This document shows, one piece after another, positions 47,631-58,443 of a stretch of 64,000 nucleotides of DNA (the first letter of the stretch is position 1; every line of letters starts with the position of its first letter). Both the position numbers and the translations under genes were made by a program. The stretch lies in assembly GCA_045642065.1 (NCBI GenBank), contig JAZUID010000013.1, positions 292-64,291 on the forward strand. Direction: 5' to 3'. Source of the DNA: Acutalibacteraceae bacterium (GTDB lineage Bacteria > Bacillota > Clostridia > Oscillospirales > Acutalibacteraceae). The notes under the pieces are model-generated. The model was not told where the DNA came from, searched no databases, and saw only the letters and a program-made list of their open reading frames with translations.

Positions 47631-50234
47631 TTATTCTTCTTTATTTTCGCCGCCGAAAAGGTTGTCGTCTATTTTAAAACCGCCTTCAAAACCGCTTTCA
47701 ATATGGGGGATGATAATTTCATCGTCATCATCTAAAATGCTTTTTCGGCTTGGATTAGAAAGTGCTTCATCTTCTTCGGATTCTTGAGTTTTCCATTGTT
47801 CTAAAAGAATATCGCCTTCGGGGTAAACCTCTTCTGAGGGATGATTCTTTTTATAGATTAAGCAAACAAGCATATAAACAATAAATACTGCTACACCGCC
47901 GGCGGTTGTTTTAAGACCGAGCGAGAGGCCGGGAGTTTTATAACTGAATTCAATGGTGCTGTCGCCCTTAGGAACTAAAACTGCCATAAAGCCGACATTG
48001 ACGCGCTCAATCTTTGCGGGCTTGCCGTTTACTGTTGCCGACCAGCCTTCGTCATACGGAACCGAGAAGAAAACAAGGTTCTTTTTCTCGCGTTTTACTT
48101 TTGCCGTAAATCCGTTTTTGGTGGTATTGAAATAATAAGCCGAAGTTTTTGAGAGTTCTTTGCAATCAGCTTTATATGCTTCTTGTGTTAAAGATAATTT
48201 TGAGTTATTAGCACCCGACTTTTTGAGGTCTTCAATATTATCCAAAATGCCCGAATACTCTTTAATTTGTCGGTCACTTAAAGCGATGGCTTTAAGCATT
48301 AAAGCACCGCGGTCGCTTTGCTTATAGTTGTCGCAAAAGCTTTTACTCATATAATAGTCATAAGAGAAGCCGTAGGGAATATAACATTCGTTTTGGTAAA
48401 TGTAATATCCGCCGCTTGTTGTTACATATTTGTAGTAAGGCATTTTTGTGTCGCCTGAATTTTCAACAAAGCTTTCACCACCGGTGCGGTTAAGCAAATA
48501 TTTTACCGAAAGCAACGGTCTTATAGCATATTGATTAACTTCGGGGCGACTGCCGACATCACGGGTAACGCCGATGTAGGTGTAAAAATCAATTATAGAA
48601 CTCGGCACAACCGAATGGAATGCGTTAATACCTGCAAGCCCCAATGTCATTGAGGTATTATCGGCGCAGGAATAAGTATCCACCCTGTAATTATAAGATT
48701 TTTCAAGTGCAACATCGCCTTCGATAAGCTGGTCAATAACAACAGATTTGGGGTCGAAAGAGTGACTTCTGCCTTCATAGATAAATAATCCGCCATATAC
48801 TATTGAGGCGATGCAAACACACGCAACCGAAGCTGTAAAGAAGGCTTTTCTGTTTCGCTTTAAAAGTCCTAATAATAGGTAAAGAACGAAGAGAGAAATT
48901 ATTGCAATAAGGCAGGCGGCAATAAACCGAAGGGTGTAGGTATTGCCTGCATCTTGAGTATAAAGGCCAAACGAAATGTTACCGTCTTCATCGGTTTGCG
49001 GGAACAAACCGATAACTAAGGTAAATGCAAAGGTTATGCCTAAAACCCATTTAAATCCGCTTGACCAGTCGGCTGAGCTGTCTTCCGCCAGCATAACCGT
49101 AGCCAAAGCCATCATAAGTATCGGCATATAGAACCAACGCGCATAATAGGCGTTGTTGAATGCATAAAAAGAGCTATTTAAAATCGGAACAAGAGCCATA
49201 AACGCGCTAATACCGATTAAACGTTTCAGCCAGTTACCTTTTCGGTTGGCAAACCACGCGAAGACACCGACCATACTGAATATAGGCATCCAACCGCCAA
49301 GGCTCGACCACTTAACATCGGCACCGGGGAAGAAGACCGGACGCGCCGGAATGTCGGGCGGGAAGAAGAAACACTCAATAACATTAAGATAAATTTGCTC
49401 TTTACCGTACATTATTGAGTTCCAACCGAGTGTAATCTCACTAATACGGCCGTTTCCGATAATAGCGAGTATTGATGGTATCAGCAAGAAGCAAGCTAAG
49501 GATAAACCGATAACCGCTTCTAAAACCAAAATTAAAAATCTTGAAAATTTAGGTTTAATTGCATGGGAAAAGAGTCGTACAAAGAAGTAAATTATCGAGA
49601 AAACTACCATGCCGAAGAAGAAGAAATAGTTAACAACGGCACAAAGGGCAACCGTTATTGCCACAACACCGCGTTTGTTTTCGGTTATAAGCATTTCAAT
49701 AGCCAAAAGCAAAAGCGGGAAAACGATTATCGCTTCGTGGAAGTGGTTGAAGAAAATGTTGTAAATTGAAAATCCCGAAAAGGCATAGAGCAAAGCGCCT
49801 AACCTTGCGGCTTCGGGTGTTTTTGTGAAACGGCGTATGTAAAGGTAGGCCGTAAAAGCAGCGCAACCGAATTTTAAAATAAGCAACGGTCCCATTAGGT
49901 AGGGTACGACAGAATTAGGGAAAGGAATAGTAAGCCAGAAAAACGGACTGCCTAAAAGATAAAAACTGTAAGAGCCGACAAAATTGGCACCCAAGTCGGT
50001 AAGCCAGTTCCAACCCATTGTACCGTTTCTGATTGCATTATGGCATTGCATATAAAACGGAATTTGCTGAACATTAAAATCCCCATAAAAAATAAAATAA
50101 CCTTTGCCCAGAATAATAAAAGGCAAGAAAAAAGCCGTCGCAGTTATTATCGCAATAATAAAGGTTGAAAGCTTTTTTTCCTTATTAGGGCAAAGAAGTG
50201 TGGCTTTATTATAAGAAAAACCCATAACAGCCAA
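47631..50234 (-). CDS. YfhO-family polytopic membrane protein (putative cell-wall polymer glycosyltransferase)
   Basis: 867 aa. About 13 N-terminal TM helices, a large extracytoplasmic domain, a C-terminal TM and an acidic tail match the YfhO architecture as I remember it. Confidence 0.55.
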   Translation of the reverse strand: MAVMGFSYNKATLLCPNKEKKLSTFIIAIITATAFFLPFIILGKGYFIFYGDFNVQQIPFYMQCHNAIRNGTMGWNWLTDLGANFVGSYSFYLLGSPFFWLTIPFPNSVVPYLMGPLLILKFGCAAFTAYLYIRRFTKTPEAARLGALLYAFSGFSIYNIFFNHFHEAIIVFPLLLLAIEMLITENKRGVVAITVALCAVVNYFFFFGMVVFSIIYFFVRLFSHAIKPKFSRFLILVLEAVIGLSLACFLLIPSILAIIGNGRISEITLGWNSIMYGKEQIYLNVIECFFFPPDIPARPVFFPGADVKWSSLGGWMPIFSMVGVFAWFANRKGNWLKRLIGISAFMALVPILNSSFYAFNNAYYARWFYMPILMMALATVMLAEDSSADWSSGFKWVLGITFAFTLVIGLFPQTDEDGNISFGLYTQDAGNTYTLRFIAACLIAIISLFVLYLLLGLLKRNRKAFFTASVACVCIASIVYGGLFIYEGRSHSFDPKSVVIDQLIEGDVALEKSYNYRVDTYSCADNTSMTLGLAGINAFHSVVPSSIIDFYTYIGVTRDVGSRPEVNQYAIRPLLSVKYLLNRTGGESFVENSGDTKMPYYKYVTTSGGYYIYQNECYIPYGFSYDYYMSKSFCDNYKQSDRGALMLKAIALSDRQIKEYSGILDNIEDLKKSGANNSKLSLTQEAYKADCKELSKTSAYYFNTTKNGFTAKVKREKKNLVFFSVPYDEGWSATVNGKPAKIERVNVGFMAVLVPKGDSTIEFSYKTPGLSLGLKTTAGGVAVFIVYMLVCLIYKKNHPSEEVYPEGDILLEQWKTQESEEDEALSNPSRKSILDDDDEIIIPHIESGFEGGFKIDDNLFGGENKEE

Positions 50235-50303
50235 CCTCCTTTATATTTCCTTATTGATATTATAACAATAAATGGTATAATATTCAAGAAGGGATGTGTT
50301 TTT

Positions 50304-50876
50304 TTGAACAGTCATTTTTATGCTTTTATGTCGAGAATGAAGAATATATATCGTTGGGGGCTGATGCGTAATACCCACAGCGAAAATTTGAGCGAGCATT
50401 CGCTTGAAGTCGCTATGGTGGCGCACGCGCTTGCGGTAATCGGCAACAAGCGTTTGAATAAAAATTATAATCCTTATTATATTGCAACCGTTGCTATGTT
50501 TCATGACACGGGTGAGATTATAACGGGCGACATGCCGACACCTATTAAATATTATAACGAAACGATTAAGAATGCCTATAAAGAGATTGAAGAAGCGGCT
50601 GAAGAAAGCCTTATGAATATGTTGCCGAGCGATTTGCGCGAAGAATTTGTCCCGCTTTATAAATTTGATGACGAAACTAAAAGATTGGTAAAGGCGGCCG
50701 ATAAAATTTCGGCACTTATTAAGTGCATTGAAGAAACCGAAAGCGGTAATAAAGAATTTGCCACCGCGAAAGAGTCCACCCTTAAAGCAATTAAGGATAT
50801 GGATGTTACTGAAGCGGATATATTTTTAGAAGAGTTTATAGAAAGCTTTTCACTATCATTAGATGAACAAAAGTAA
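50304..50876 (+). CDS. HD-domain 5'-deoxynucleotidase (YfbR-like)
   Basis: NLSEHSLEVAMVAHAL and FHDTGEIITGDMPTP (H...HD...D). TTG start. Confidence 0.75.
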   Translation: MNSHFYAFMSRMKNIYRWGLMRNTHSENLSEHSLEVAMVAHALAVIGNKRLNKNYNPYYIATVAMFHDTGEIITGDMPTPIKYYNETIKNAYKEIEEAAEESLMNMLPSDLREEFVPLYKFDDETKRLVKAADKISALIKCIEETESGNKEFATAKESTLKAIKDMDVTEADIFLEEFIESFSLSLDEQK

Positions 50877-50930
50877 GTATAAAAAGAAAGACCTGAAGAA
50901 TTTTCTTCAGGTCTTTTAGTTTTAATTAAA

Positions 50931-51842
50931 TTATTTAATCATGCTTGCAACTTCGCTGGCAAAATCGTCAACGCGTTTTTCAATGCCTTCGCCCTTTTCG
51001 TAACGGATAAAGGATTTAATCTTTAAGTCTGCACCAAGCTCTTTAGCTGTCTTTTCAACATACTTACCAACGGTTAAGTCGCCGTCAATAACATATTGTT
51101 GTTCAACAAGGCAGTTTTCTTTATAGTACTTGCCAATCTTGCCTTCAACAATTTTACCTAAAACTGCTTCCGGCTTGTTAGCCATCTTAGGATCTTCCTT
51201 CATCTGTGCAATAAGGATTTCCTTTTCCTTATCAAGAACTTCTGCAGGAACAGAAGCTTCATCTAAGTAAGCGGGGTTCATTGCGGCAATTTGCATTGCA
51301 ATGTTTTTACCCATGGCAACAAAGTTAGCATCGTTAGCATCAAGAGTGGTTTCAAAGTCAACCATAACACCGATTTTACCGCCGGCATGGATGTAAGTTA
51401 CAACATTGCCTTCGATACGAACGAAACGGCGGATTTTAATGTTTTCGCGAATGGCAAGGAAAAGTTCCTGTACCATTGCTTCAACGGTCATGCCGTCCTT
51501 TTCGCATTTGTTAAGTGCGTCAAGGTCGGCAGGATTTTGTTCGGCAACAATTTCGGCAACCTTAGCAGCCAAAGCCTTAAAGCCGTCGCCATTAGCAACG
51601 AAGTCTGTTTCGGCGTTAAGCTCAACCATAGCGCCGACACCGTTTTTAACCGTAGCACAAACTGTACCTTCAGCAGCAACACGGCTGGCCTTCTTAGCTT
51701 GGGAAGCAAGGCCTTTTTCTCTTAAATAATCGGTAGCGGCTTCCATATTGCCGTCACATTCAACAAGAGCTTTCTTGCAATCCATCATACCGCAACCGGT
51801 TTTTTCACGCAAAGTCTGTACGTCTTTTGCTGTAAAAGCCAT
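50931..51842 (-). CDS. tsf: Elongation factor Ts
   Basis: LREKTGCGMMDCKKAL at the N-terminus (UBA-like). Located downstream of rpsB. Confidence 0.95.
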   Translation of the reverse strand: MAFTAKDVQTLREKTGCGMMDCKKALVECDGNMEAATDYLREKGLASQAKKASRVAAEGTVCATVKNGVGAMVELNAETDFVANGDGFKALAAKVAEIVAEQNPADLDALNKCEKDGMTVEAMVQELFLAIRENIKIRRFVRIEGNVVTYIHAGGKIGVMVDFETTLDANDANFVAMGKNIAMQIAAMNPAYLDEASVPAEVLDKEKEILIAQMKEDPKMANKPEAVLGKIVEGKIGKYYKENCLVEQQYVIDGDLTVGKYVEKTAKELGADLKIKSFIRYEKGEGIEKRVDDFASEVASMIK

Positions 51843-51859
51843 TTTAATTCCCTCCTAAA

Positions 51860-52627
51860 TTATTCAGCAGCTTCTTCTGTTGCTTCTTCTGTTTCTTCAA
51901 CAGTTTCGTCATCAGCATCATCAATAGCAGCGGTGCCCATTTCGGTGCCTTGTCTGCCTTCAATTACTGCATTTGCAATTGCTTCTGAAATAAGCTTAAC
52001 TGCACGAATAGCATCGTCGTTACCGGGGATAACAGCATCAATTTCATCCGGATCGCAGTTAGTGTCAACGATAGCGATGATCGGAATGCCTAATTTCTTA
52101 GCTTCGGCAACGGCAATTCTTTCTTTTCTCGGGTCAACAATAAATAATGCACCCGGAATTTTCTTCATTTCTTGAATACCGCCAAGGAACTTTTCAAGCT
52201 TTTCAATTTCAAGGTTTAACTTGATAACTTCCTTTTTAGGAAGAAGCTCAAAAGTACCGTCGTCACGCATATTGCGTAATTGATTTAAGCGTGCGATACG
52301 AGTGCGGATGGTTGTGAAGTTGGTAAGCATACCGCCCAACCAACGAGCGTTAACGTAAGGCATACCGCAATGCTCTGCTTCTTCTTTAACAGAGTCCTGA
52401 GCTTGCTTTTTGGTACCAACGAACAAAATGTCGTCGCCGTTTGCTGCGATTTCACGAGCAAACAAATAAGCTTCGTTAAGCTTTTTAACGGTTTTTTGCA
52501 AGTCGATAATGTAAATACCGTTACGTTCTGTGAAAATGTACTCAGCCATTTTCGGGTTCCAACGTCTTGTTTGATGTCCGAAATGAACACCGGCTTCAAG
52601 AAGTTGTTTCATGGATACTACTGCCAT
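51860..52627 (-). CDS. rpsB: 30S ribosomal protein S2
   Basis: [22 protein letters not shown]. The ATG at 52627 has an AGGAGG RBS; the ORF-track start at 52735 is an untranslated-leader artefact. A TTGCAA-17-TATAAT promoter lies about 115 nt upstream. Confidence 0.95.
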   Translation of the reverse strand: MAVVSMKQLLEAGVHFGHQTRRWNPKMAEYIFTERNGIYIIDLQKTVKKLNEAYLFAREIAANGDDILFVGTKKQAQDSVKEEAEHCGMPYVNARWLGGMLTNFTTIRTRIARLNQLRNMRDDGTFELLPKKEVIKLNLEIEKLEKFLGGIQEMKKIPGALFIVDPRKERIAVAEAKKLGIPIIAIVDTNCDPDEIDAVIPGNDDAIRAVKLISEAIANAVIEGRQGTEMGTAAIDDADDETVEETEEATEEAAE

Positions 52628-52894
52628 TTCTTTTTCCTCCTGAGGTTTTCCCTCCATCCCGTTGCACTTTGGGGAAACTGCGCTTTTAAGCACAACACCT
52701 GCCCAACAAAACGGAATGTGTGTAATATTTACCAATGTTTTTACATTAGCCTAAAAATTATATCATAAAGAGCGGTGCTTTGCAAGCATTTTTTGAAGAA
52801 AAATAACAAAAAATCCGCACTTTTTACGGTGCGGATATATAGTGTGTTTTAGGGGGATTTTAACCACTAAATAATGTGTATATTTATATGTATA

Positions 52895-53683
52895 TTAAAC
52901 GCCGAATAAACATTTTGCGTTTCTATAAGCTTGGTTTAGCACTTCTTCCGTGCTAATGCCCTTAATCAGTGCTATCTTTTCGGCGGTTAGATATATCATA
53001 CCGCTGTGGCAAAGCTTACCTCTAAACGGCTCGGGCGCTAAATACGGGCAGTCGGTTTCAAGCAAAAAACGGTCTAACGGAACCTTCTTTATAACTTCGG
53101 GCAAGCGCCTTGCATTTTTAAAGGTGGCAACACCGCCGATACCGATATACATACCGAGTTTCAGTATTTCTTCGGCCATTTCTTCGCTACCCGAAAAGCA
53201 ATGCACAACGCCCTTTGGCTTGGTTTCTTTTAAAATTTCAAGAGTGTCGGCATGGGCGTCGCGGTCATGCACAATTATAGGCAAATGGGCCATCTTTGAA
53301 AGTTCAATTTGACCTTTAAAAAGTTCAATTTGTTCTTTTTTGTTTTCTTCGTTAAAGTTGTAATCAAGACCGATTTCACCGATAGCAACAACGCCTTTTT
53401 CCTTTGTAAGAGGTAAAATTTCGGTTGCCGTGTCACCGCTGTCAATATTTTCGGGGTGAACGCCGACGGCGGCGAAAACCCCGTTAAACTTGTTAGCAAA
53501 GCTAATTGCGGTTTTACTTGACAACGCGTCACACCCGCAGGTTATAACACCCTTAACGCCGTAAGAATTAAGATTACTTAAATAATCTTCATAAATGCCT
53601 TTAAATCGGGCATCGTCATAGTGCGCGTGGGTGTCGAAAATAAGCGGCTTCGATAAAGGTGGGGAAAACAGTATTTCTTCCAT
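52895..53683 (-). CDS. tatD: TatD-family metal-dependent hydrolase/DNase
   Basis: IFDTHAHYD, GEIGLDY, HDRDAH, HCFSG and ETDCPYL. The start overlaps the metG stop (TAATG). Confidence 0.9.
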   Translation of the reverse strand: MEEILFSPPLSKPLIFDTHAHYDDARFKGIYEDYLSNLNSYGVKGVITCGCDALSSKTAISFANKFNGVFAAVGVHPENIDSGDTATEILPLTKEKGVVAIGEIGLDYNFNEENKKEQIELFKGQIELSKMAHLPIIVHDRDAHADTLEILKETKPKGVVHCFSGSEEMAEEILKLGMYIGIGGVATFKNARRLPEVIKKVPLDRFLLETDCPYLAPEPFRGKLCHSGMIYLTAEKIALIKGISTEEVLNQAYRNAKCLFGV

Positions 53684-55599
53684 TATCTGACCTTGCACCC
53701 TGCCGGAATATTGTCGGCAAAAATAACCTTAATGTCATCATCTTTGCAGTCTGCCGCAAGAATCATACCGTTAGACTCAACACCGCAAAGCTTGGCAGGT
53801 TTAAGGTTGGAAACCAAAATTACTGTGTGACCTACCAACTCTTCGGGTTTATAGTATTTGGCAATGCCCGATGCTACCGTACGGGGTGTATCGGTGCCGT
53901 CATTTAGTGTCAATTTTAACAGCTTCTTGGCTTTCGGCACGGGCTCGCAGGCGGTAACGGTTGCGGTTGTCAGCTCAACCTTGCAAAAATCTTCAATGCC
54001 GATTTGGCTGACGGTTGCAACATTTTCGGCATTTGCTTTTTTGGCCTTTTCGGCTTCCTCTGCTAATTCTTTTAAGGTAGCTTCCATATCAATTCTTGCA
54101 AACAAAGGCTTTGCTTCACCGACGGTAAAGCTGTCGGTTGTGCCGAATTCGTTACTGCTGTTTGCCGTGCAAAGCTGAGCCAAAATGCTGTCGGCACTTT
54201 GCGGAATAATCGGCTTTAACATATTAGCAAGTAATCTAATACATTCAAGTAAGTTATAAAGGACATCATTAAGGCGCGACCTTTGTTCTTCATCTTTGGC
54301 AAGCGCCCAAGGCATAGTTTCGTCAATATACTTATTGCACCTTCTTGCAAGGTCCATAACGGCGTTAACCGCATCGGCATTACGGTATTCGTCCATAAGT
54401 CTTGTAAAGTCGGCAAAGCTCTTTTTAGCGGTGGCTAAAAGGTCTTTGTCAAGCTCATTAAACTCTTTTGATTTGCTGACGGTACCGCCGAAGTATTTGT
54501 TAGTCATGGCGATACTTCTGTTTACAAGATTGCCGAGTGTATTGGCAAGGTCGGTGTTAAATTTAGTAATAAAACTTTCGTAGGTAATAGTGCCGTCTTG
54601 CGAGAAAGGAATTTCAGAAAGAAGGTAGTAACGAACTGCGTCAATACCGAAGCGGTGCGCTAAATCGTCGGCGTAAATAACATTGCCTTTTGACTTTGAC
54701 ATTTTGTCTTCGCCGACCAGTACCCATGGGTGACCTAAAACCTGTTTTGGTAAAGGCTCGCCTAACGCCATAAGAATAATCGGCCAGTAGATAGTGTGAA
54801 AACGGACAATATCTTTACCGATAACATGAAGGTCAGCAGGCCAAAGCTTTTTATATTGCTCGCTACTGCCATCAGGGTCATAGCCGATACCGGTAATGTA
54901 GTTGGAAAGCGCATCAAGCCAAACATAAACAACATGCTTGTCATCAAAATCAACAGGTATGCCCCATTTAAAAGACGTTCTTGAAACGCAAAGATCGTTA
55001 AGACCCGGCTTTAAGAAGTTGTTAATCATTTCGTTCTTTCTTGACTCCGGCTTAATAAAGTCGGGCTCATTCTCCAAGAACTCTAAAAGTCTTGCTTGAT
55101 ATTTGCTTAATTTTAAGAAATATGCTTCTTCCTTAGCGTCGGTAACTTCTCTTCCGCAGTCGGGGCATTTGCCGTCAACTAATTGCGAAGGGGTAAAGAA
55201 GGATTCGCAAGGCACGCAATATTTGCCTTCGTAATGGCCTTTATAAATATCGCCTTGTTCGTAAAGCTTTTTGAATATTTTTTGAACGGTTTTAACATGG
55301 TCTTCATCGGTTGTGCGAATAAACTTGTCATAGCTTGTGTTAAGGCTGTCCCAAACACCGCGAATTTCCGAAGAAACGCCGTCAACATATTCTTTCGGCG
55401 TAACACCCGCTTTATTCGCATATTCTTCTATCTTTTGACCGTGCTCATCAGACCCTGTCATAAGAAAAACGTCGTAACCTTGACCGCGTTTATAACGAGC
55501 GATAGCATCGGCTAAAACGATGTCATAAGCATTGCCGATGTGCGGTTTTCTCGAAGTGTAGGCGATGGCGGTGGTAATATAAAACTTCTTGTTTTGCAT
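53683..55599 (-). CDS. metG: Methionine--tRNA ligase with C-terminal tRNA-binding (Trbp111/EMAP-like) domain
   Basis: HIGH-type PHIGNAYD, KMSKS (DKMSKSKGN), a CxxC...CPDC zinc knuckle, and the C-terminal GIEDFCKVEL...LCGVESNGMILAA. Confidence 0.95.
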   Translation of the reverse strand: MQNKKFYITTAIAYTSRKPHIGNAYDIVLADAIARYKRGQGYDVFLMTGSDEHGQKIEEYANKAGVTPKEYVDGVSSEIRGVWDSLNTSYDKFIRTTDEDHVKTVQKIFKKLYEQGDIYKGHYEGKYCVPCESFFTPSQLVDGKCPDCGREVTDAKEEAYFLKLSKYQARLLEFLENEPDFIKPESRKNEMINNFLKPGLNDLCVSRTSFKWGIPVDFDDKHVVYVWLDALSNYITGIGYDPDGSSEQYKKLWPADLHVIGKDIVRFHTIYWPIILMALGEPLPKQVLGHPWVLVGEDKMSKSKGNVIYADDLAHRFGIDAVRYYLLSEIPFSQDGTITYESFITKFNTDLANTLGNLVNRSIAMTNKYFGGTVSKSKEFNELDKDLLATAKKSFADFTRLMDEYRNADAVNAVMDLARRCNKYIDETMPWALAKDEEQRSRLNDVLYNLLECIRLLANMLKPIIPQSADSILAQLCTANSSNEFGTTDSFTVGEAKPLFARIDMEATLKELAEEAEKAKKANAENVATVSQIGIEDFCKVELTTATVTACEPVPKAKKLLKLTLNDGTDTPRTVASGIAKYYKPEELVGHTVILVSNLKPAKLCGVESNGMILAADCKDDDIKVIFADNIPAGCKVR

Positions 55600-55617
55600 A
55601 AAATATCTCCCTTTAAA

Positions 55618-58443
55618 CTACGGTTTTTCTATTAAGAAAAGCAGGTATGAAATCACCGTAGAAACAATACTGAATAATAAAACGAAACTACTGCTTAAAA
55701 GCTCGCCCGAGCCCGAGAACGGGGCATATAGGAACATAAGTATTCCGGCGCAAAGGGCAAGTATGTATGTAACGGTTAAAAGCAGGTTTGATTTGCGGAT
55801 TTTAGCCGAGCAGTTTACAAGTGAAGTAAGACCCGTCGGATTGCCCTTATAAAGACCGGGGGCAGAAGTTTCGGCAACGGGGTGAACGGCATTTTTATAC
55901 ATATTGCTGCCCGCAAAACGCATAACCTTAACCGAGTCTTCGTAAAGACCTAAATAGTCGCAGAGCATCTCTTCGGTTAAGTTGGGGTCACAGCTGTTAA
56001 CCAAAACGGTAATACCGCTTGCGGTAACCTTTTTAAGCTCGCGCGCAACATCGGGGTCAACACCGTATTGAACAATAAGCAAAGCATAGGCTTCACCGTC
56101 GCTTGCAACATAAATGGGGAAGAAGCCGTTTCTTAAAATTTTGTAATCGGTTTCAACCGGCGGTGCGGAAATCCCATGAGATTCAAGCAAGGTACGGTTG
56201 CCGATAAGTAAAAGTTTATCATCAACCCAACCTGAAATACCGCGCGTTTCTTCATACTTAACGCTGTCAACCTTAGGCTCGGGCGAAGTACTGTTAAGCG
56301 TGCTGACAATCCGGCTGAATACACCGTCAAGCGGTGAGTCGATATATTTGGTAAGCGCCGCAGCGCGAATGATAGTATCGTCAATACTGTTTTCACCTAA
56401 AACGTGCATATTGTGTAAGGTGATGGTACCCGACGGGAAAATGTCGCTCGAGTTAAGAATAACGGCGTTAGCGGCTTCAATTTGAGCGGCGCCCGATTTT
56501 CCGATAACGGCGGCACCTTTTTTCTTTAATTTTTTGTTTGCGGCAAAAAGCGGCAGGCTGTCAATAAAGAAAAGTGTGGGTAAAGCCGAAAAGCACAAAA
56601 CCGAAGCAAATGTTAAATAACCCGAATAAGAATTATTCGTAACGCTTGCGTTGACAAACGCAAAAACAACAGCTAAAAACAGTGTAACGGCGGTTATAAG
56701 AATTTGCTTTCCGCCTAAGAAAGTGCCGTATTCCGAATATTTCATAAAGTCAAGAATTTGACCGGTTTTTTGAGGTGCCGCAATAAGTGCTTCACCCTCA
56801 ACAGCGTCACCTGCCATAGCATTAGTAACGGCAGGCTCGTTAATAAGCTTAACGGCCCTTTTTTGGCTTATGGCCGAAATCGACTTGAAGGTTGAAAGCA
56901 TTTGCGAAGCATACATAAATTTGCCGAGTGAACGGAAACACAGTATAAATTGCAAAAGCAAAAGAATATCAATATTGGGCTCACCCGAATTAAAACAGGT
57001 GGCGGTGAAAACGCCGGTACCGAGAACTGCCAACAAAGCCGAAATATCACCTGTGGCTTTTTTCTTAACAAGGTCCTTAACTGATTTAAAAATATCGATA
57101 TTTGCAATTACACAAAGAAATGCAAAGACGGCGCAAACACCCATACAAGGTGTCGGATAGGCAACCATAAAATCATATAAAACCGGAATTTTAAAGGTCG
57201 CGGTCAAGAGCAGCAAAACAAGTGATGCGGAAAATTGTAAAAATCCGTTACGGTTTTTTACCGAGAGCATTCGCAAAATGCGTTTTAGGTCGCCGGGGCC
57301 TTCGTATTCGGTAGAAGGTGTAAACTCATCAAAATCGTTTACTTCAAGCTTAACGGTTTCGGGCTCAAATTTTTCTTCGTGTGGGAGTTCGGTGGCTAAA
57401 AGTTCGCCGGTTAAATCAATTTTTCTTGTGCTGTGGGAAACAACAACGCGTTCAACATCATCACCCTTTTTAATGGGTGTGAAGCGGATGGTTTCGCCAA
57501 GCTCGGCTGTGGCTTCAATAGGATTAGGGGCAACCTTTTCTGCCACTAAGGAAATGTTGTCAATATCCGAAATGTCGGGCAAGCTTGTTTGAACTTCGGT
57601 CACCGGTACGGATTCTTCCTTGACGGGTAAAGGTTTTTCCTCATTTTTATCGACTTTTGTCGGCGTTTCTGCAAGGGTGGTGGCATAACGGCCCAAATTA
57701 TCAAAAGTAACCTCATACTTTTTAGCCAACTGTTCGACAATCTTATCGCTGTCGGCATTTAAAATATTTTCCACACTTTCGAGTGTGTATGACGGCTTTT
57801 CTTCGGCAGCATTGTTACCCGTGTCGTCAATAATATAAGGCATACATTTTTCTAAAAGTGAAGGCTCATCACTCTTTTCTTGCTTGGGCGCCTTTTCTTC
57901 TGAATTAACTTCGATCTTATAATCATCTAAAATCTTTTCTACAAAAGCGGCGGCTTCGGTTTTTTCTTTATTTTCTGCAACCGATTCGTAAGCCGGATTT
58001 TCTTGACCGTTCTTTTCGTCAACCACTTTTTCTGTATTAACGTTAAGGTTTTCTTCAACACTCGCGATTATATCGTCAATAGAAAAGTTGATTTCGGCTT
58101 CTTCCTTTTTTGATTCTAAAACGATAGGGTAGTCAGATTCCTTAACAAGCTCATCAACGGGCAAGGATTCACTTTTTTCTTCTTTAACAGGCACCGTTTT
58201 TTCTGCCGGCGGTGCTTCGGCGACAACTCCGCGCGCGGAATTACGCATGCGCGCCTTCAACGATTCAAGCGGATTATTGCCAGACTCGGCGGTTTGCTTT
58301 GTTTCGCCACCGGCAATTTCGTCTGCGGTAAGCGCATGGTTAGGCATAATTTTCTCGTGCTCCGAAAGATTAAAAATTAAATCTTCGGCTTCTAATTCTT
58401 CTAAGATGTCGTTATTGTCTGACTTCTTTGAAAACAATCCCAT
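55618..58443 (-). CDS. Large membrane protein: acidic low-complexity N-terminal ~390 aa + P1B-ATPase-like membrane/HAD core lacking catalytic motifs
   Basis: By-eye collinearity with CopA-type ATPases: ALLAVLGTG, LGKFMYASQ...ISQKRAVKL, then AAVIGKSGAAQIEAANAVILNSSDIFPSGTITL where GILIKGG.ALE....VVFDKTGTLT is expected. It continues with GWVDDKLLLIGNRTLLESHGI and YVASDGEAYALLIVQYGVDPDVARELKKVTASGITVLVNSCDPNLTEE where MLTGD is expected. The start overlaps the rlmB stop (TAATG), and metG follows 18 nt downstream. Confidence 0.45.
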   Translation of the reverse strand: MGLFSKKSDNNDILEELEAEDLIFNLSEHEKIMPNHALTADEIAGGETKQTAESGNNPLESLKARMRNSARGVVAEAPPAEKTVPVKEEKSESLPVDELVKESDYPIVLESKKEEAEINFSIDDIIASVEENLNVNTEKVVDEKNGQENPAYESVAENKEKTEAAAFVEKILDDYKIEVNSEEKAPKQEKSDEPSLLEKCMPYIIDDTGNNAAEEKPSYTLESVENILNADSDKIVEQLAKKYEVTFDNLGRYATTLAETPTKVDKNEEKPLPVKEESVPVTEVQTSLPDISDIDNISLVAEKVAPNPIEATAELGETIRFTPIKKGDDVERVVVSHSTRKIDLTGELLATELPHEEKFEPETVKLEVNDFDEFTPSTEYEGPGDLKRILRMLSVKNRNGFLQFSASLVLLLLTATFKIPVLYDFMVAYPTPCMGVCAVFAFLCVIANIDIFKSVKDLVKKKATGDISALLAVLGTGVFTATCFNSGEPNIDILLLLQFILCFRSLGKFMYASQMLSTFKSISAISQKRAVKLINEPAVTNAMAGDAVEGEALIAAPQKTGQILDFMKYSEYGTFLGGKQILITAVTLFLAVVFAFVNASVTNNSYSGYLTFASVLCFSALPTLFFIDSLPLFAANKKLKKKGAAVIGKSGAAQIEAANAVILNSSDIFPSGTITLHNMHVLGENSIDDTIIRAAALTKYIDSPLDGVFSRIVSTLNSTSPEPKVDSVKYEETRGISGWVDDKLLLIGNRTLLESHGISAPPVETDYKILRNGFFPIYVASDGEAYALLIVQYGVDPDVARELKKVTASGITVLVNSCDPNLTEEMLCDYLGLYEDSVKVMRFAGSNMYKNAVHPVAETSAPGLYKGNPTGLTSLVNCSAKIRKSNLLLTVTYILALCAGILMFLYAPFSGSGELLSSSFVLLFSIVSTVISYLLFLIEKP

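Noticed and set aside
51291-51729. Plus-strand ORFs of 144 and 107 aa inside tsf, with similar ones inside rpsB, metG and the 941-aa gene
   Set aside because: They are antisense to well-supported genes and have low-complexity translations.
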